From: Candidatus Aminicenantes bacterium
GTDB taxonomy: Bacteria > Acidobacteriota > Aminicenantia > Aminicenantales > JAFGBC01
Length of the DNA stretch: 64,000 bases
NCBI GenBank assembly: GCA_963702005.1
Contig: OY969696.1
Coordinates: 1,664,001-1,728,000 of the forward strand
Direction: 5' to 3'
The position numbers and the translations under genes were made by a program. Every line of letters starts with the position of its first letter. The first letter of the stretch is position 1. The notes under the pieces are model-generated. The model was not told the origin of the DNA. It searched no databases and was given only the letters and a program-made list of their open reading frames with translations. This document shows, one piece after another, positions 59,795 to 64,000 of the stretch.

Positions 59795-60397
59795 TTAGTT
59801 TTTCTTGTCCGAGGCGCCCGGCTTGGTCAGAGGCCGTCCCGCCTTGCAGAAGGGGCACGCCTCCGGCTCGAAAGCCTCGACCTTGAGGGCCAGCAGGCTT
59901 CCGACCGGCTTGCCTTCGATGAGGACGGCGCCGGCGCTCCGGTCGACCAGGCAGTAGACCCCGGCGACGGGGACGTTCCGCGCCTTGAGGCAGTCGACGG
60001 TCTCCTGGATCGAGCCGCCCGTCGTCAGGATGTCCTCGACGATGATCGCCCGGGCGCCGTCGATCCCCGCGAATCCCGAGCGGAGCGACATCTTCTCGTC
60101 CGCCCGCTGGCTAAAGGCGAACTTCTTGCCGAGCTTGAGGGCCGTTAAAAACCCGATGGCGATGGCCCCGTAGGCGGGTCCCACGACGTATTCGAAGTCC
60201 AGGCGGTCGGCCTTGATCCGTTCGACGAGCATATCGACGATCTTTTCCAGGGAGGCCGGCTTTTCGATGAGCCGGATCTTCTCGAAATACCATTCGGAGT
60301 GCTTGCCCGAGGTCAGCTTGAAATGGCCCTGGAGCAGGGCGTCGCAGTCCTTGAACAGGGCCAGGACTTTATCGGAGGCGGGCTGCGTCATGAGCAT
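59795..60397 (-). CDS. pyrE: orotate phosphoribosyltransferase
   Basis: GHFKLTSGKHS, IVEDILTTGGS, VDRS, CPFC...KPG. Confidence 0.92.
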   Translation of the reverse strand: MLMTQPASDKVLALFKDCDALLQGHFKLTSGKHSEWYFEKIRLIEKPASLEKIVDMLVERIKADRLDFEYVVGPAYGAIAIGFLTALKLGKKFAFSQRADEKMSLRSGFAGIDGARAIIVEDILTTGGSIQETVDCLKARNVPVAGVYCLVDRSAGAVLIEGKPVGSLLALKVEAFEPEACPFCKAGRPLTKPGASDKKN

Positions 60398-60467
60398 TCT
60401 CCTTGGTGAAGAGCCAACCCATTATATAAAAGACGTCCTTTCGCCTCAAGGCCGCGGCGCGGCCCAA

Positions 60468-61247
60468 TCAGACTTCGATCGAGCCCTGGAGATAGGTCAC
60501 GGTCCGGCCCCCGATAAGGACTCGGGCGCCGCGATGTTCGCAGAAAATCTCGCCGCGCCTTTTCGAGACCTGATAGGCATGAAGCACGGCCTTCCCCAGG
60601 CGTTCGGCCCAGTAGGGGATGAGCAGCGTGTGGGCGGAGCCCGTGACCGGGTCCTCGAGGATGCCGGCCCGCGGGGCGAAGAAGCGGGAGACGAAATCGG
60701 AACGGTCGCCCGGCGCGGTGACGATGATCCCCAGGCAATCGAGCTTGGCCAGCTCGTTGAAATCGGGTTCGAGGGCGAGGACGTCGGCTTCGCTGCTATA
60801 GACGGCCATGAAGTCCCGTCCCTTGAGGACTTTGAGAGGCTTCTTCCGAAGTCCCTTGATCAGCGCTTCGGGGGCTCGGACCGCCTCCGCGATATAGGCG
60901 GGAAAGTCGAGGCGGATGAGGTCGCCCTGCCGGCCGGCCCGGAGCTCTCCGCTCTTGGACAGGAAAACGATCTCGGGCTTGTCGTAGCCGAGATGACGGA
61001 AGATGACGTGAGCCGTCGCCAGGGTCGGATGGCCGGCCAGCTGGATCTCGATCTTGGGCGTGAACCAGCGGATCTCGAAACGGTCGCCCGCCCGGACGAA
61101 AAAGGCCGTCTCGGACAGGTTGTTTTCTTCGGCGATCGCCTGCATGGTCGCGTCGGGGAGCCAGGCTTCGAGAGGGCAGACGGCCGCGGCGTTCCCGCCG
61201 AACATTTTATCCGTGAAAGCGTCGACCTGATAAAGGGGAATTCGCAT
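60468..61247 (-). CDS. PhzF family isomerase
   Basis: YQVDAF..GGNAAAV, NLSETAF, IRWFTP, GHPTLA, EDPVTGSAH. Confidence 0.92.
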   Translation of the reverse strand: MRIPLYQVDAFTDKMFGGNAAAVCPLEAWLPDATMQAIAEENNLSETAFFVRAGDRFEIRWFTPKIEIQLAGHPTLATAHVIFRHLGYDKPEIVFLSKSGELRAGRQGDLIRLDFPAYIAEAVRAPEALIKGLRKKPLKVLKGRDFMAVYSSEADVLALEPDFNELAKLDCLGIIVTAPGDRSDFVSRFFAPRAGILEDPVTGSAHTLLIPYWAERLGKAVLHAYQVSKRRGEIFCEHRGARVLIGGRTVTYLQGSIEV

Positions 61248-61385
61248 CGGACCTCCAGTCGATCCTATCTTGCTGCAGATCGAACCGGAGATCAAGCCGC
61301 GACTTCGATTCGTTCGGTCGCTGGGGCGAGGGGAGGATGGCGAAGAAGGCCGTCGAAGGGTCGGGCGGGCATGATGCGAAGGCGG

Positions 61386-61418
61386 AAGAGGGCCTTCCTT
61401 TTTCAGGAAGGCCCTCTT
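61386..61418 (-). terminator. strong hairpin after the DUF5916 gene
   Basis: perfect 14-bp stem AAGAGGGCCTTCCT/AGGAAGGCCCTCTT, 5-nt loop; weak U tract. Confidence 0.55.
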
Positions 61419-61434
61419 TGTCCCCAGCCTTCTA

Positions 61435-64000
61435 TCATAAACTCCACCGATAGGAGACTTTGAGAAGAAAGATGTTGTCGCCGGGGGCGGTCAGCAGATC
61501 GCCCAGGTCGCGGCGGAGCTGAAAATCGCCGGGGTGGGCGTAGTCCGCCCTGTTCTGGGTCCAGACGAAGTAGAGGAGGGAGCCGGGCAGGTACTCCCAT
61601 CTCAGGACGGCCGTTCCCCGCAGCGACTTGACGTTGAAGTCGGGGTTTCCGAAAGTGAACGGCGCGGCGGGACCGGCTCCATCGGGATCGACCGTGTAGA
61701 GCTCGCCGTCCCGGGAGATCGTCGAGCCGTTTTCGCCGAACACGTTATAGGCGAAAGCCTTGGGCCGGGCGAGCTCCTTGAACTGACCGTACTTGCCCAC
61801 GGCGATGAAGGGCTGAAGGTACAGCTGGAGGCTCAGCCGCGGCGTGAATATCCAGTCCAGCCGGATATCGCTCGAGAGGACTCGCTGCTGGATGCGGCCG
61901 AAGACGTAGCGGGCGCCGAAGGTCGATGTCATCAGCGGATCCGGAACCTGGGTCACCCACATGAGCTGAGAATCCTCGTAGCTGTAGCCGGGTCCGAAAG
62001 ATAGGTTGAAGTTGCTCCTGGGTTTCCAACGCAGGCCGACCTTGGCATCCCACTCCGTGCTTTCGGTCGGCCGCTGATAAGTCATGGCGCTGCCTTCGAG
62101 GACGACGGCCTTGCGGTTATCGCTGTAAAGGTTGAGGTTGACTTGGTAGCCGGGCGGGATGGCGGCCAAGGGGCCGCCCCGGGTCAGCCGGTTGCTGACG
62201 GTTTCGGGATTATAGGCGAGCATGACAGACCCCCCCCAGTAATTCAAGAGCTCGGCCTCGAATTCGGCGAGGTAACCCTCCCAGGTTTTATTCCCGCCGA
62301 AATCGTAGTTCCGAAAGGGTCCGCCGATAATCAAGGCGTTCCGAAAAACCTTGCCCGGCTTGGTCCACTGAATGCCGGGGATAATGCTGATGTTGATGAT
62401 ATCGGAACTCCCGTACTGGAAGCCCGCGTCGTTGGGGTCGAAGCCGGGCGACAGGACGCCGACGTTAACCAGGAACAGATACTTCCCCTGTTGCTTGGCC
62501 AGGGCAAAGCGGCCCCCCAGGCCGCTGAGCGAAGTCGCCAGAGGGTCGACCTCGACGTGATCGGCGTCGGGGCGCTGAAAGTAGTGCATCGACGAATATT
62601 GAAGCCGAAGGATGTCCTCGCGGCTTCCCTCGATCCGGGTCCCTCCGAACCAGCCGCCGAAGACCCAGACTCTTTTTTTATCCAGGAAGGTCCAGCCGTC
62701 GAAGGCGAGGCTGAAGGCTCTTTGATTGAGAAGGGACTTAAGGCCTTCGTCGCCGAGGTCTCGGCTGACTCCGGTCGCCATGAGCCCGAAGCCCTGCTGA
62801 CCCTTATTGATGTCTTTCTGGACGCGGACGGCCCCGTAGTAGGAAAAGGGCTCGACCTCGTCCCGGAACCGAGTCCCCAGCGAGTCGACCTGGGCGTATT
62901 CGCGCGCCGTCAGGGCGTTGATGAACCCGATGTTCCAGCTGTTTCCCAGCTTGCCGGTCAGCTTGAACGCGCCCAAGATGGTCGAGCGATCCGGATAGTC
63001 CACGAACCCGTCATGGCTGATCGGGCCCTCGGGGGAGCGTCCGATGCGGCGGCTGTAGAAGAAGGTCGGGCTGGGCCAGTTGAGGTTGGCGTTGATATAG
63101 ACGCCGCCCCGTCCGAAGCCGTTGAAGATAGAGGCGCCCTCGATGAAGAAGGGCCGCTTTTCCTGATAATAGGTCTCGTAGGCGGAGAGGTTGATGACGG
63201 CCGGATCGACTTCGACCTGGCCGAAGTCGGGGTTGACGGTCGCGTCCAGCGTCAGGTTGCTCTTGAGCCCGACCTTGAAGTCGAGCCCGGCGTTGCCCAG
63301 GGCCTTGCGGCCGGTCTGGAAGGGATTGCCCGTTTCGGCCGGCTTGAACTGGGCCCGGCCGACGCTGTAGGGCATAATCTCGACATGGGGGCCGGGATGG
63401 ATGTTTTTGATTCCCTCGAGCCGGGCGAAGCGCGAGACGTAGGCGATCTGGTCTTTGGGGACCCAAGCGTAACGGTCTCGCTCCTGTTTGCGGAGGATGT
63501 GACGGCCGAAGTTGACGCCCCAGACATACTCATCCTTCTTGGGAAAGCGGAGCTGGTTGAGGGGGATCCGCATCTCGACGATCCAGCCCTCGCCGTTGAC
63601 CTGGGCCTTCGATTCCCAGACGCCGTCCCAGGTCGTGTCCTCGCTGACGTCGTTGGAGAGGACCTGGTCGATGACGGAGCCGGCCGGATTCACGCAAAAT
63701 TCGTAGCCGCTCCTCCGGTCGAAATAGGGGTCCACGGAGAAGACGAACCAGTCCGAATCCAACTGGGAATCGCGCCGTCCCAGGAGCCTCTTGATTCCGT
63801 CGGGCTGGGAGTCATAGAGGTAGGCGGCGACGTAGATGTTGGCGTCGTCGTAGGCGACCCAAACCTTCGTTTTTTCGCTGGGCGGAGCGCCGTCGACGGG
63901 GTCGGACTGGAGGAATTCGTCATAGCCGCGGGTCTGCCAGATCTTTTCGCTCAGGACGCCGTCGATGGCGACCGATTCCTCGGTCCGCACGGCGACGACC
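61435..64000 (-). CDS. CBM9-like/DUF5916 outer-membrane protein (5' end outside the window)
   Basis: VNPDFGQVEVDPAVIN, EKRPFFIEG, FYSRRIGR, C-terminal KVSYRWSL; paralogue of 26492..29194. Confidence 0.88.
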   Translation of the reverse strand, partial: VVAVRTEESVAIDGVLSEKIWQTRGYDEFLQSDPVDGAPPSEKTKVWVAYDDANIYVAAYLYDSQPDGIKRLLGRRDSQLDSDWFVFSVDPYFDRRSGYEFCVNPAGSVIDQVLSNDVSEDTTWDGVWESKAQVNGEGWIVEMRIPLNQLRFPKKDEYVWGVNFGRHILRKQERDRYAWVPKDQIAYVSRFARLEGIKNIHPGPHVEIMPYSVGRAQFKPAETGNPFQTGRKALGNAGLDFKVGLKSNLTLDATVNPDFGQVEVDPAVINLSAYETYYQEKRPFFIEGASIFNGFGRGGVYINANLNWPSPTFFYSRRIGRSPEGPISHDGFVDYPDRSTILGAFKLTGKLGNSWNIGFINALTAREYAQVDSLGTRFRDEVEPFSYYGAVRVQKDINKGQQGFGLMATGVSRDLGDEGLKSLLNQRAFSLAFDGWTFLDKKRVWVFGGWFGGTRIEGSREDILRLQYSSMHYFQRPDADHVEVDPLATSLSGLGGRFALAKQQGKYLFLVNVGVLSPGFDPNDAGFQYGSSDIINISIIPGIQWTKPGKVFRNALIIGGPFRNYDFGGNKTWEGYLAEFEAELLNYWGGSVMLAYNPETVSNRLTRGGPLAAIPPGYQVNLNLYSDNRKAVVLEGSAMTYQRPTESTEWDAKVGLRWKPRSNFNLSFGPGYSYEDSQLMWVTQVPDPLMTSTFGARYVFGRIQQRVLSSDIRLDWIFTPRLSLQLYLQPFIAVGKYGQFKELARPKAFAYNVFGENGSTISRDGELYTVDPDGAGPAAPFTFGNPDFNVKSLRGTAVLRWEYLPGSLLYFVWTQNRADYAHPGDFQLRRDLGDLLTAPGDNIFLLKVSYRWSL

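Overview
GC-rich bacterial chromosome segment. The gene families (acidobacterial-type VWA protein, DUF5916 proteins, beta-propeller and SBBP proteins, many exported peptidases) suggest Acidobacteriota, possibly Ca. Aminicenantes; this is inference only. Recognisable genes are secA2, a dmsABC-type molybdoenzyme with mobA, a Nramp-like transporter paired with an MgtE-N/CBS protein, M24/M3/S9 peptidases, amidase, a GH88/105 hydrolase, a run of eight short co-oriented genes followed by vapBC, pckG, a heavily frameshifted valS, pyrE and a PhzF-family gene. I saw no rRNA, tRNA, CRISPR array, transposase or integrase. Three observations stand out. (1) An 80-codon membrane-anchored leader ORF ending R-S-P-P-L-L lies directly upstream of secA2, and its last codons form a perfect 9-bp anti-Shine-Dalgarno for secA2, the layout of a SecM/MifM-type arrest-peptide sensor. 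(2) A 54-nt palindromic element is inserted in frame in two neighbouring unrelated genes, adding nearly the same 18-aa peptide and showing compensatory base changes. (3) Related REP-like hairpins occur elsewhere, including a pair flanking one beta-propeller gene. All calls are from reading the sequence by eye; no database searches were run.
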